Assembly (NCBI GenBank): GCA_002269645.1
Contig: NIVC01000070.1
Span: forward strand, 744,001-808,000
Direction: 5' to 3'
From: Macrostomum lignano
Taxonomy: Eukaryota
Length of the DNA: 64,000 bases
Below, piece by piece: positions 52,562 to 62,848 of this stretch. The notes beneath the pieces are model-generated. The model saw nothing but the letters and a program-made list of their open reading frames with translations, was not told the DNA's origin and searched no databases. The position numbers and the translations under genes are program-made. Within the stretch, counting starts at the first letter, position 1. Each line of letters begins with the position of its first letter.

Positions 52562-55012
52562 GTCTGTCTGTCTGTCTGTCAGCCTCTGTCTGCCGCTCGC
52601 CCGCCCCAATCACAAACCTGCTGAGCGCTCTGCCCAATATCGCCGAAGCAGTCCAGCAGGAAGGTTCGCTGCTGTTGCATCCAATTGGCCATCCGACCGA
52701 CGTCCTCTTCGAACAGGCGCAACTGGTAGGCCTGCTCCAGGGCCACCCTGGTGGACTCCCATTTGTCAACCAGGAGACTGCGCAGCTCGTACAAGTGTTG
52801 AATAGCATCTGTGACAGCAGGGGCCAGCTGCTGGAAGTCGGTGTTCATGCTGACCCAGCTGCTGCTGACCGATTCGCCCTTGGAGCCGCAGCGGAGCCAC
52901 TGGGCCAGACGGGCCGCCTCGGCCTCCAGCGAGTGCACTGGAGCTTGGACAACCTGTCGGATTTGAATACGTAAATACGATTGCAAACAGACTACTGTGA
53001 GTAGGGTTGTCAAAAAAGTGGGTTCTGAGAAGCATCCCCAATCCCGATATGCAGCTCTACGTATTCAATATGTACTCTACGAGTGTGAAAACTGCAGGAG
53101 AGAGAAGTGAATGAAATCGATGGATGGAAGGGGAGAGTTTGGAGAGGGAAATATGGGAGATATATAGAAGAGTGGATGATGAGAGGGTGAGAGAAAGGGT
53201 GATGAGGGAGGGTGAGGAGAGGGTGAGAGAGGGTGATGAGAGGGTGAGAGAGGGTGATGAGGGAGGGTGAAGAGAGGGTGATGAGGGAGGGTGAAGAGAG
53301 GGTGAGCAGAGGTTAAGGAGAGGGTGATGAGGGAAGGTGATGAGAGGGTGATGAGAGAGGTCGAGGAAAGAGGTTGAAGAGAAAGGGAGAAGAGAGAGGG
53401 TAAGGAAAGACGGTGAGGAGAGGGTGATGAGAGGGTGAGGAGAGAAGGTGAGACAGGATGAGTAAAAAGGTGAAAGAGGAGGAGAGAGGGTGAGGAGAGA
53501 AAAAAGGGAAGGGCAGGGAGGAGGGAGGGAGAGACATTGCAGTGCGCGAGTGTCCAATACAACGGAAAACAGTATAAAACACAGTGGATCAACAGTAAAA
53601 CAGCAAAACATATCGGCAAAGGTTAAAGCCTGATTTCTGCTTCTATTGGTCACCGAATAACTCTAAAAGACTTAGTTACAGATAAAAGCCAAACACAAAC
53701 CTTATTTTTCTGAGCCCTGTGCATCTCAACCATTTGAACAGCCTGCTGCAGAGTGGCCGGTGTCACCCGGTGATCCAGCGCATGGTACAGCTTCGTGAGC
53801 TTCTCCGACATGTCGTGCGAACGGAAAAAGAAGCTCTCTAACCGACAGCGGAGTTCCACGAATTCTTTAGAATCGAACGGCAGGCTGCCATCGAATTCCG
53901 TAGTGAGCTGGGCGGGGTCAATGTCGCCGAACAGGCCTTCAATGCTGACCAGCTTGATGTCGAATGAGTACTTGCCAATGGCCATCTGGACTCGCTGCTT
54001 TTCTATGAAACTCTCCGGCTTGATGACGTAGGTGATGTCTAATGAGTCCGACAGGGTCTCGTCTAGGATCTGGGAGTGAAACAGTTATGATAGTTTATTC
54101 TGATGAAAACCTGGCATCAAAATAATTTCTAAAACTTCAATTCAACACAATCCGCCCCATTAATAAACCAATCCCTGCAGGATCCGCCTCCCCCCCTAAA
54201 AAATCCAACCCCTGCAGGATCCGCCCCCCCCTAAAAAATCCAACCCCCGCAGGATCCGCCCCCTAAAAATCCAACCCCCGCAGAATCCGCCCCCCCCTAA
54301 AAATCCAACCCCTGCAGGATCCGCCCCCCCTAAAAAATCCAACCCCCGCCGGATCCGCCCCCCCCCTAAGAAATCCAACCCCCGCCGGATCCGCCTCCCC
54401 CCCTAAAAAATCCAACCCCTGCAGGATCCGCCCCCCCCCCTAAAAAATCCAACCCCCGCAGGATCCGCCCCCTAAAAAATCCAACCCCCGCAGAATCCGC
54501 CCCCCTAAAAATCCAACCCCCGCAGAATCCGCCCCCCCCCTAAAAATCCTACCCCTGCAGGATCTGCCTCCCCCCCCAAAAACCCATCCCCTGCAGGGTC
54601 CGGCCATTTCAACAATAGAAATCGCACTTTCAAAATAGGCTTAATGGAGCTCCAAGCCGCATGCCGCATATCAATAACCACGGTGAACCGCAGGGATCGA
54701 ACCCTGGCATCTGGCACATAGCTCAGGTACTTCACAAGCCGCATGAGTTCGTCAACAGGGATTTTCTCCGTGTCCGCACGGCCGGGGAAGCACATGATGG
54801 GCCCGCCTCGCCTGTCCCGGCCGCCGGGCAGCATGGCAACCCGGTGCTCCAGGTGCAGCCGCAGATCGGCGGCCTGCAGAGTGGACGGGTGCGCAGACGG
54901 TCTGTAGTATTCGGCCACATCTCGGTCAACGCCGCAGTAAGAGAAATCGTGCTCCCAGCTGCCGCCTCCCCCGCTGCTGCTGCCGCCGCCTCCGCTGCCT
55001 CGGGTTCCTTTA
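42339..55012 (-). CDS. TRIO: Trio/Kalirin/UNC-73 dual RhoGEF (Sec14, spectrin repeats, DH1-PH1, SH3, DH2-PH2), 5' partial, >=2342 aa; complement(join 55012..54628,54069..53701,52953..52618,52245..51289,50760..50172,49464..49145,47803..46964,46155..45931,45347..42339)
   Basis: Sec14 [14 protein letters not shown]...FTVVIDMR; spectrin QLRLFEED and [13 protein letters not shown]; DH1 [13 protein letters not shown] and [20 protein letters not shown]; PH RHVFLF; SH3; second DH-PH. All 8 introns are GT-AG with matching phases. No Ig or kinase domain seen. Confidence 0.93.
45412..45885. repeat. 24-bp minisatellite CAGTCCCATCTCCCAGTCCCCAAA in Trio intron 8
   Basis: Direct periodicity. Confidence 0.95.
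45931..46155 (-). CDS. TRIO: Trio exon 8 (DH1)
   Basis: [24 protein letters not shown]...; donor CAG|GTGAGT. Confidence 0.93.
46389..46920. repeat. 21-bp minisatellite ACGGAAATCCTAGATCTCCTA plus diverged variant, Trio intron 7
   Basis: Direct periodicity. Confidence 0.95.
46964..47803 (-). CDS. TRIO: Trio exon 7 (spectrin, DH1 start)
   Basis: VSQVLKDL...[19 protein letters not shown]...; donor CAG|GTGAGT. Confidence 0.93.
48205..48800. repeat. 21-22-bp minisatellite GTGACTCTAGTGAGTCTGGGG in Trio intron 6
   Basis: Direct periodicity; each unit has a GACTC-N4-GAGTC inverted repeat. Confidence 0.95.
49145..49464 (-). CDS. TRIO: Trio exon 6 (spectrin)
   Basis: [12 protein letters not shown]...[12 protein letters not shown] matches VLGWIRNGESML...EAEQLQREHEQF. 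Confidence 0.9.
49525..50150. repeat. 51-bp G-rich minisatellite (~12 copies) in Trio intron 5
   Basis: Direct periodicity; several G-tracts per unit. Confidence 0.93.
50172..50760 (-). CDS. TRIO: Trio exon 5 (spectrin)
   Basis: TTCGCAG|EKCPQ...[14 protein letters not shown]...QLEAE G|GTATTG. Confidence 0.85.
50815..51240. repeat. 22/44-bp minisatellite GATTAGCGATTCTCAAGGTAAG in Trio intron 4
   Basis: Direct periodicity. Confidence 0.9.
51289..52245 (-). CDS. TRIO: Trio exon 4 (spectrin repeats)
   Basis: GHYA...[22 protein letters not shown]...[11 protein letters not shown]. Confidence 0.92.
52263..52585. repeat. (CTGT)n microsatellite in Trio intron 3
   Basis: Direct inspection. Confidence 0.95.
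52618..52953 (-). CDS. TRIO: Trio exon 3 (spectrin)
   Basis: [10 protein letters not shown]...[21 protein letters not shown]. Confidence 0.92.
53110..53535. repeat. Purine-rich GAGAGGGTGA repeat in Trio intron 2
   Basis: Direct inspection. Confidence 0.85.
53701..54069 (-). CDS. TRIO: Trio exon 2 (Sec14 C-half)
   Basis: [12 protein letters not shown]...[23 protein letters not shown]. Confidence 0.93.
54172..54600. repeat. ~35-40-bp C-rich minisatellite in Trio intron 1
   Basis: Unit ~AAAAATCCAACCCCCGCAGGATCCGCCCCCCCCT. Confidence 0.9.
54628..55012 (-). CDS. TRIO: Trio first recognised exon (Sec14 N-half)
   Basis: Acceptor CTCACAG| (phase 2, inferred); donor AAA|GTGCGA. No in-frame ATG before the domain. 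Confidence 0.85.
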
Positions 55013-55239
55013 CTGTGAGCCAGACTTGGTTATTTATATTACGGCAATAATAACCGCCAGTTTCGGCTTTGATTATTAATTAGATTATGCAGAGCTGCAC
55101 GCCTGAAATTTCGAATTAATAAATATTCGATCCATAATTGCAACAAATTTAGCCTTTACTAGTTTAGTCATCACTGAACTAAACCCTAAAATGCTTTTGT
55201 ATCTACTTCACCTTTTCACCACCTAAAACTCTCTTGATC

Positions 55240-56815
55240 TACTCTCTTACCTACATCATCTCTAGATCTACTCTCTTACCTACATCATCTCTTGATCTAC
55301 TCTCTTACCTACATCATTTCTAGATCTACTCTCTTACCTACATCATCTCTAGATCTACTCTCTTACCTACATCATCTCTTGATCTACTACTCTCTTACCT
55401 ACATCATCTCTAGATCTACTCTCTTACCTACATCATCTCTTGATCTACTCTCTTACCTACATCATCTCTAGATCTACTCTCTTACCTACATCATCTCTTG
55501 ATCTACTCTCTTACCTACATCATCTCTAGATCTACTCTCTTACCTACATCATCTCTTGATCTACTCTCTTACCTACATCATCTCTAGATCTACTCTCTTA
55601 CCTACATCATCTCTTGATCTACTCTCTTACCTACATCATCTCTAGATCTACTCTCTTACCTACATCATCTCTTGATCTACTCTCTTACCTACATCATTTC
55701 TAGATCTACTCTCTTATCTACATCATCTCTAGATCTACTCTCTTACCTACATCATCTCTAGATCTACTCTCTTACCTACATCATCTCTTGATCTACTCTC
55801 TTACCTACATCATATCTTGATCTACTCTCTTACCTACATCATCTCTTGATCTACCCTCTTACCTACATCATCTCTTGATCTACTCTCTTACCTACATCAT
55901 CTCTAGATCTACTCTCTTATCTACATCATCTCTAGATCTACTCTCTTACCTACATCATCTCTAGATCTACTCTCTTACCTACATCATCTCTTGATCTACT
56001 CTCTTACCTACATCATCTCTTGATCTACTCTCTTACCTACATCATCTCTAGATCTACTCTCTTATCTACATCATCTCTAGATCTACTCTCTTACCTACAT
56101 CATCTCTAGATCTACTCTCTTACCTACATCATCTCTTGATCTACTCTCTTACCTACATCATCTCTAGATCTACTCTCTTACCTACATCATCTCTTGATCT
56201 ACTCTCTTACCTACATCATTTCTAGATCTACTCTCTTATCTACATCATCTCTAGATCTACTCTCTTACCTACATCATCTCTAGATCTACTCTCTTACCTA
56301 CATCATCTCTTGATCTACTCTCTTACCTACATCATATCTTGATCTACTCTCTTACCTACATCATCTCTTGATCTACCCTCTTACCTACATCATCTCTTGA
56401 TCTACTCTCTTACCTACATCATCTCTAGATCTACTCTCTTATCTACATCATCTCTAGATCTACTCTCTTACCTACATCATCTCTAGATCTACTCTCTTAC
56501 CTACATCATCTCTTGATCTACTCTCTTACCTACATCATCTCTTGATCTACTCTCTTACCTACATCATCTCTAGATCTACTCTCTTATCTACATCATCTCT
56601 AGATCTACTCTCTTACCTACATCATCTCTAGATCTACTCTCTTACCTACATCATCTCTTGATCTACTCTCTTACCTACATCATCTCTTGATCTACTCTCT
56701 TACCTACATCATCTCTTGATCTACTCTCTTACCTACATCATCTCTTGATCTACCCTCTTACCTACATCATCTCTTGATCTACTCTCTTACCTACATCATA
56801 TCTTGATCTACTCAT
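55240..56815. repeat. 29-bp minisatellite CTCTTACCTACATCATCTCTAGATCTACT (~54 copies)
   Basis: Direct periodicity; 522-bp higher-order duplication. Confidence 0.97.
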
Positions 56816-57189
56816 TTAGTCTTACCTAGATCATTTCTAGACAGACTCTAATGCCTAAATAATCTCACGATCCTCTTCTCTAGATCTATTTTCTTACCTG
56901 AATCATTTTTAGATTTATTTTCCTATTTAGATCATCTCCTTTAGATCTGCTGTCTAGAAAATTTGATTATGACATGTACTTTCTAGACTATAAGGCCAAC
57001 AATGCATCAAAGTTTTATAAATACAAAAATAATATAGATATGACAAGATCTTATGGTTCGCAATCTTGAAAATTAATAATTTACCTAGCTTCCATATACA
57101 TGCAAACATTAGGTAGGGATTCTAACCTCACCCTATTGGAAAAAGTTGCTAAATGGCAAGATAGCCATCCAGCACGTTTTCAAAATGAC

Positions 57190-57272
57190 CTTGCAGTGCA
57201 ACACAGCGTGGCACAGGGTGGTGCAGTGCAACGCAGCGTGGCACAGGGTGGTGCAGTGCAACACTTGGTGCA
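57190..57272. repeat. 30-bp tandem repeat, ~2.5 copies
   Basis: GCAGTGCAACRCAGCGTGGCACAGGGTGGT. Confidence 0.8.
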
Positions 57273-58754
57273 GTGCTTGGAATAGAATCCATGTCAAAAC
57301 AACCATGCACAGAATGGCCACACATCAAAAAAGCCTCACATCAAAATAGCCATCACCATAAAATATGGTATGGCCATTGTGGCCATAAAAAGACACACCA
57401 TAGAATTCATTCCAATAAATCATAGAAACAATAACTAAAAGCAAAATTGCTGCCAAAGTATAAAAGAAAGTTTTTTTAGTGCAATTTAAGCATTACTATA
57501 CTGACAAACTATTTTTGAATAAGTTTAATGGAAATATTTAAGACTCATTATGAGCAACTTTAAGTGACCCCTTGATGCAGCCCATGTACCTTGCAAGGCA
57601 AAATGATCCCTTGGTATATTCTTGCTAGACCTTTGATATGCATTTGTGCATTTTGAAAATTTATTACAATAAAAAGGCTAACTGTAAATCATCAATCTTA
57701 AAAAGGAAATTTATCTAACTTATCTAACCTCTGGTAGATAACTTTAAATCAATACTTTTTGTAACACTTTTATAGGCGCTGGGTTTATTTTTTGTGCATA
57801 GAGTGTGTATATGCACCCTAAATTTTAAAATCACACTGAAATTGAAGTGGGTGCGGCTTATGTACAGTCTTAAAACCTATTTTTCCATTGAAGCCACATT
57901 CATACTGCCTTAAAATAAGAAGAGAAACTGCACCTTGAGCCTTAAAATTGCATCATAAAAGAGAGCATTAGGTGCGATTTTGTACCTTGTCTCTGGTGAA
58001 AAAGAAAAACCTATATAGGCATATTTCAGCTTAATCATATTTCAATATAGCTTCATTGCAATTATAAGCCATTGTTTTATTTCTAGCCAAGTCATTGTCA
58101 TTGTTTGAATTTGAGTATAATAAATCATAAATCTTGACTTAGTTAACTTCTAGTTTTATATGCTAACAAATTGAAATCATGGTAAATCTAAAGTAAAAAT
58201 ATACTAAGAATAGGGCCTAGAGCTAATATATTAGCATTAGTCTTTAACTTGCAAAATTAGCATAGGTATCATAATAACATAAAATCAAAATGACAAAAAA
58301 TAATTATATAAACTATTTATACATACTAAAAATGACATTTTTTATAAATAAATATATAGAAAATTTAGGTTTAGAAATAGAAAATATATGTTTCAAATAA
58401 CTCTACCTAGACTACTTGGAACTCAGCATTGAAACTTATTTGGAAAAGCTATAAATTTTCTAAATCTAGGTCAGGCTGTAGGCTATTTTAATCTTATATT
58501 TTCATATATATATTAAGATCATTAAAAAGCAGGAAACTATTTTTTCTAATTCTAACCTTTTTGGCCATTTTAGCTTAGAGCTTGTTTGTTTCAGCCAATA
58601 TGCATATCATATTATGAAACATGCATGTGCAACCTCCAAAATTTTGTTGGCCATGTGACTTAGTTTTAACAAAAATGTGACATAGGCCCCTAGTTTTTGG
58701 CCAAAAATGCGACTTACATGTAAAAGAAACCTAAAGCAAAATTAATGCAACTTA

Positions 58755-58779
58755 GGGTAAATGGCAGGAGTAACTATGA
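58755..58779 (+). other. 28S rRNA-like fragment (helix 69 region), copy 1
   Basis: GGGTAAATGGCAGGAGTAACTATGA vs recalled 28S GGGTAAACGGCGGGAGTAACTATGA (23/25). Confidence 0.7.
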
Positions 58780-59527
58780 TAGAGACTCCGGCGAGCTCCG
58801 AGTAGCGTGGTTGAAACTAGAAAAAACGTACATTTAGCACCTACTTCAAACAGAAAACTAAGATAGAAAAAATATGACTGTGTAAAAACTGAAATACACA
58901 ATAAAAAGCACAATAAATGTACTTCAAAATGAGTGCTCAAACAGCTTCTAAAGTCGATCAGAGACAAAGTTATGGACAGTTAAAGTTTCATCATTTTTGC
59001 ATTCCCATGCAAAATGAAGCCTATTTTACGGTAAAAATCGTGACTTTGGAAAGTCTAATTTTTAATAACGAAATGACCGTTTTAAACAAAAATAATCAAT
59101 ATAAAAGCAATCTAGGCATAATTAAGTATCATTTTATGTAAATTTCAGAAGAAAAAAATATTCCCTGTTGCCTACAGGGGTAGTCCAAATTTTTTTCTTC
59201 GATTTCTTTGTATCATCCGATTGCTGCACGGAATTCAAATGTAAATTTCTTTATTCTTTGTTGCAAGTGGAAGGACATGCAGAAAACCGTTTGGGATTAC
59301 CTAGTCGCGCATTGCTACTAAGTTGATTCAAAGATCATAGTAAAATCAAAGTAAATGTCTATTTAAAATATATTTTTTATTTTTTTTGAGAAAAAAAGAG
59401 ACGCACAAATACAGTTGATATTGACTTTCATACATAATTGCATGACAAGTGTGAGGAATGAAAGTTCCTTCTGACAACTGACCGCGCACTTAGAAATATG
59501 AGCATCAATATGTTTCAGCGAGATTCA

Positions 59528-59590
59528 GGTAAACGGCAGGAGTAACTATGACTTTCAGTGCAAATGCAATTGCATCGTCACCTTATTAGT
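59528..59590 (+). other. 28S rRNA-like fragment, copy 2, with the TTAAGGTAGC core replaced
   Basis: Ungapped 48/63 match to the recalled 28S sequence (25/26 in the 5' part, 17/20 in the 3' part). Confidence 0.75.
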
Positions 59591-60183
59591 AGGAAAAATG
59601 AACATTTTTAAACTGTATTTTGTAAGTTAATTGCACTATGAAGTCAATACACACTGTCTTGAAATTCATTTCCATGATAACCATTACAACTGCTGTCTTC
59701 AAGATGTGTACTCTTCTATTCTATGTACACATTGTACATGGGGGTCATATGAGAGGCTTCCGTTGGAAAGCTGCTGGATATCAGACCCCAGCATAGTGAT
59801 CCCAACAAGCGACCCCTGGCATTCGTCTGGTCAACGATGCAAACTCTCAAAAATGTATGGTATGTATGGTACAGAGTACCGTGGAACTGTTGCAATAGGT
59901 TTATGCCTGTGCAATAAAAGCAGGTAGGTGATTTTTTATATGGCATTGAAAAGCAGCCATTTTGTTTGAATGTCTTCTGACTTATGCAGCTACTGAGTTA
60001 GCTAGATTCTTCATTGTAATAATGAGTGATTATTTTGGGTGCAAACTCTGAAGACTTAACATGCAAATACTAGCCTAGGTGCTAATCTGTGTGGGAGATA
60101 GTACATAATATGAATCTCAGGCAACTACGTTTTGTGAACAGACCAAGCTGTGCTTGAAAAACTTTGTTAAACAATGAATACAC

Positions 60184-60905
60184 TTAGTCATCATCATCAT
60201 CATAATCGTCATCGTCATCAGAGAGAACATTCAATTCGCCAGCCAGGTAGTCCTTGTTGAGGTCATAGGTGTACTCCCCTTCAAAATCATCGAACACAAC
60301 CTTGAACTCCTGGCTGAGAATGTCCCTGCTCTGGCAGGTTGATGGCAGTCGCTGGAGGACGTGGCCTGGTATCCAGTCCTCCCCATCTGTGAAGCAGAAC
60401 TTCATCTCGATTCTTCTGCTCACCAGATCGGGGAGGTTGGCCAGCGTCCGCTGATTGGTGGTCTCGTCAATGGCGTCGCCCTCATCCTCGTGTCTTCTTC
60501 CTCGTCCTCGTCCTCGTCCTCCTCCTTGACCTCGTCCTCCTCCTTGACCTCGACCTCGTCCTTGACCTCGACCTCGTCCTTGACCTCGACCTCGTCCGCG
60601 TCCGCGACCGCCGCCTCGTCCACCAAGGCCAGGCCCAGCTTGAGCAGCCACAGCTCCTGCATCTTGAATCCGTTGACGACGCTGCAGCCTGTCAGCAATG
60701 GCAGTGCGGACTCGCTCCTTGCGCTCGCGAGCATCCAGGAGGCCGGACGGAGGCACGGTGGGCGCATCGGCACCCTTTTGCTGGTCCTGTAGTTCCACTA
60801 TCTGCAGAACTTCACGCAGTTGGCTTCGCAGTTGAGGCACACTGCGCTTGACACCAGCCGCGGAGAAGTTGAGCAGGCTGGCCTTGTCCTTGGGCAGGTG
60901 GATCT
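60184..60905 (-). CDS. Transposase last exon (RG repeat, Spindlin-type Tudor, acidic tail)
   Basis: Acceptor TTTTGTAG|AG, in frame with donor ACC A|GTACGT. Confidence 0.8.
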
Positions 60906-60981
60906 CTACAAAATATTACATGAAACATAATTTTCATGCTAAGCAGTGAGCAAACAGACACATTTTTCTGCCCACACGTAC

Positions 60982-61540
60982 TGGTCGCTTTGTGCAGTTG
61001 CAGCTGTGCTTTGATGGCCTTCTCGTGCTGGTCAGGGGCTAGTTGGTGCAGCACAGCGTCCATCCTGGAGATGGTTGGCCAGAGTCCGCCGTAGGCCTCG
61101 ATGACACGGAGAATGGATCGGATGCTCTCGGCGTTCGAGTCCTTCTTGCGCTGCTTTTCAGCTAGCTTGGCGCGGAGAATCTCCTGGCGGCAGCTGCGCA
61201 AGGCGTCGGCGCTCTCCTTCCCTCGCTTTTCGAGCTGAGGGACCAGCTTCCGTGCCCTGGTAAGAAGGAGGTCCTTCTCGCGCTCCGTCTTGTCGGCCAG
61301 CCACTCGGACGTGCAGTTATAGCCGAAGAGCACAAGCGACTCGCGCGCAAGAGGGCGCATGTTGGGCCTGTCTGCGACGCACTTATCCAGCATCCCGAAG
61401 CCTCGCTCGACTGCTACGTTGTCCTTAGGCGCAGATGAGACAAGCTGGGCAACTTCTGGCGTGAGCTGCCGCAGAGTGCCCCCAGGCAGGTGGTCACGCA
61501 CCTCTCTCTCTAGCAACACAAGCATGTGTGTCGCCATGAT
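60982..61540 (-). CDS. Transposase exon (catalytic E)
   Basis: CTTCAG|IMATH...DNVAVERGFGMLD...RPNM...NCTSEWL. Confidence 0.85.
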
Positions 61541-61656
61541 CTGAAGTGGTGTTTTAAAGTATAAAAGCTACAATCTATACATTCGTTAATGTTCATTGAT
61601 ACTGTACTGTACTTTGTGACTAATCAGCGCATTCATAATTCAAAACCCATATTTAC

Positions 61657-62673
61657 CTGCAGAGCCTGGCCGACAATCTCGTTCTCCAAGGCTGTCAGCT
61701 CAGACGTCAGCGCCGCCCAGATGTCCTGCAGCTGGATGTCCCGGAGAACCGTCTGGGCCAGTTCGGGAAATGGGCCAATCATGCTGCTGGCCACAGTAAC
61801 GCCCTCGGACGATGACAGCTGGCGCAGCCAATTGCAAGCGCGCTCATAGCGTTCGTTCATGTCCGTGAGGGTCACGTCTCGGCAGCGCAGGAGCACCCAC
61901 AGTGGCCGGATTAGCAGAACGTCAGCAATTCCGAGTGCACGGCAGCCACTCAGCAGCAAATCAGATGCCAAGTCAGCCTGCACTGCGATCAGCAGGCGGT
62001 TGCTGCAGGTGTACTCAGCCAGGAACTCGGACAGGCGGTCTCGCTGCCAGAAAATGTTTCCCCCGTTGGGAAATGTGATGTAGGCGCGGTTGCCACGGAA
62101 GTCGTCCAAACGAAGGGACGGTGCGCCCTTCGACTCCAGATACGTTTGAAGCGGAATCGCAACGCCACACTGTTCACTGCCCAGGGCATGGAACGCCTTG
62201 CAGACGGTGCGGATTAGACGCTGCGTGCCAGATTCAGCTTGGGACGGGCGGAAGCCAGGGAGGGCAGCAGATCCGACGGCCTCTGCAGCCATGCAAGTCT
62301 CCCACTCGCGCAGCGCAGCTTCTGCGGCAGCAGCAAGATTTACAATCACATGCATGCCGCAGAACAGTGCAGTCACAGGTGGAGGTGGGTTCACGCCTTG
62401 CTGGGTTGCCAGCTCCTGCCGCATCTCGTTGAGCAGTACGTTGAGGCACTTGTTGACCACGTGTCGGTCAGTCATTAGGAAGTTGACGCGTGCCAGTAGA
62501 TTACACTTCAGGCGGCGTCTCTCTTCGTCGCTCGAGTGGGCAAGAACTACCGAGCAAAACAGATCGACCAGCTCTTCCACCGAGTAGTCCAGTTCGCGGG
62601 CGTAGATGTTCGCGGTGCCACCCTCGACCTCGCGAAGAGAAACAGCCATCGGGCGGCTGTCCCCAGTGTCAAC
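61657..62673 (-). CDS. Transposase exon (second D, CxxH, insertion domain)
   Basis: TCATAG|VDTG...SLREVEGG...MTDRH...CGMH...FRGNR...GCRALG...LQ|GTAAAT. Confidence 0.87.
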
Positions 62674-62848
62674 CTATGAATGGTGCATATGTAATACAAA
62701 GCATATTGTGAATATAAAAGTTCATTCTTATTAACTAAAAGTTCTCTTTTTGTGAATATTAATAATAATAATTAATTATTAAATTCATTTCCTTCCTTTA
62801 AGTCCAATTATTTGTCAATATGCACGAAAATGCATTACTCAAGTTTAC

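Noticed and set aside
57760-57880. Pogo/Tigger-like subterminal text (GGGTGCGGCTTAT)
   Set aside because: No partner TIR, TSD or ORF found; too short to support a call.
58755-59590. Functional rRNA gene
   Set aside because: Only 25-63 nt of similarity, and the universally conserved TAAGGTAGC segment is destroyed.
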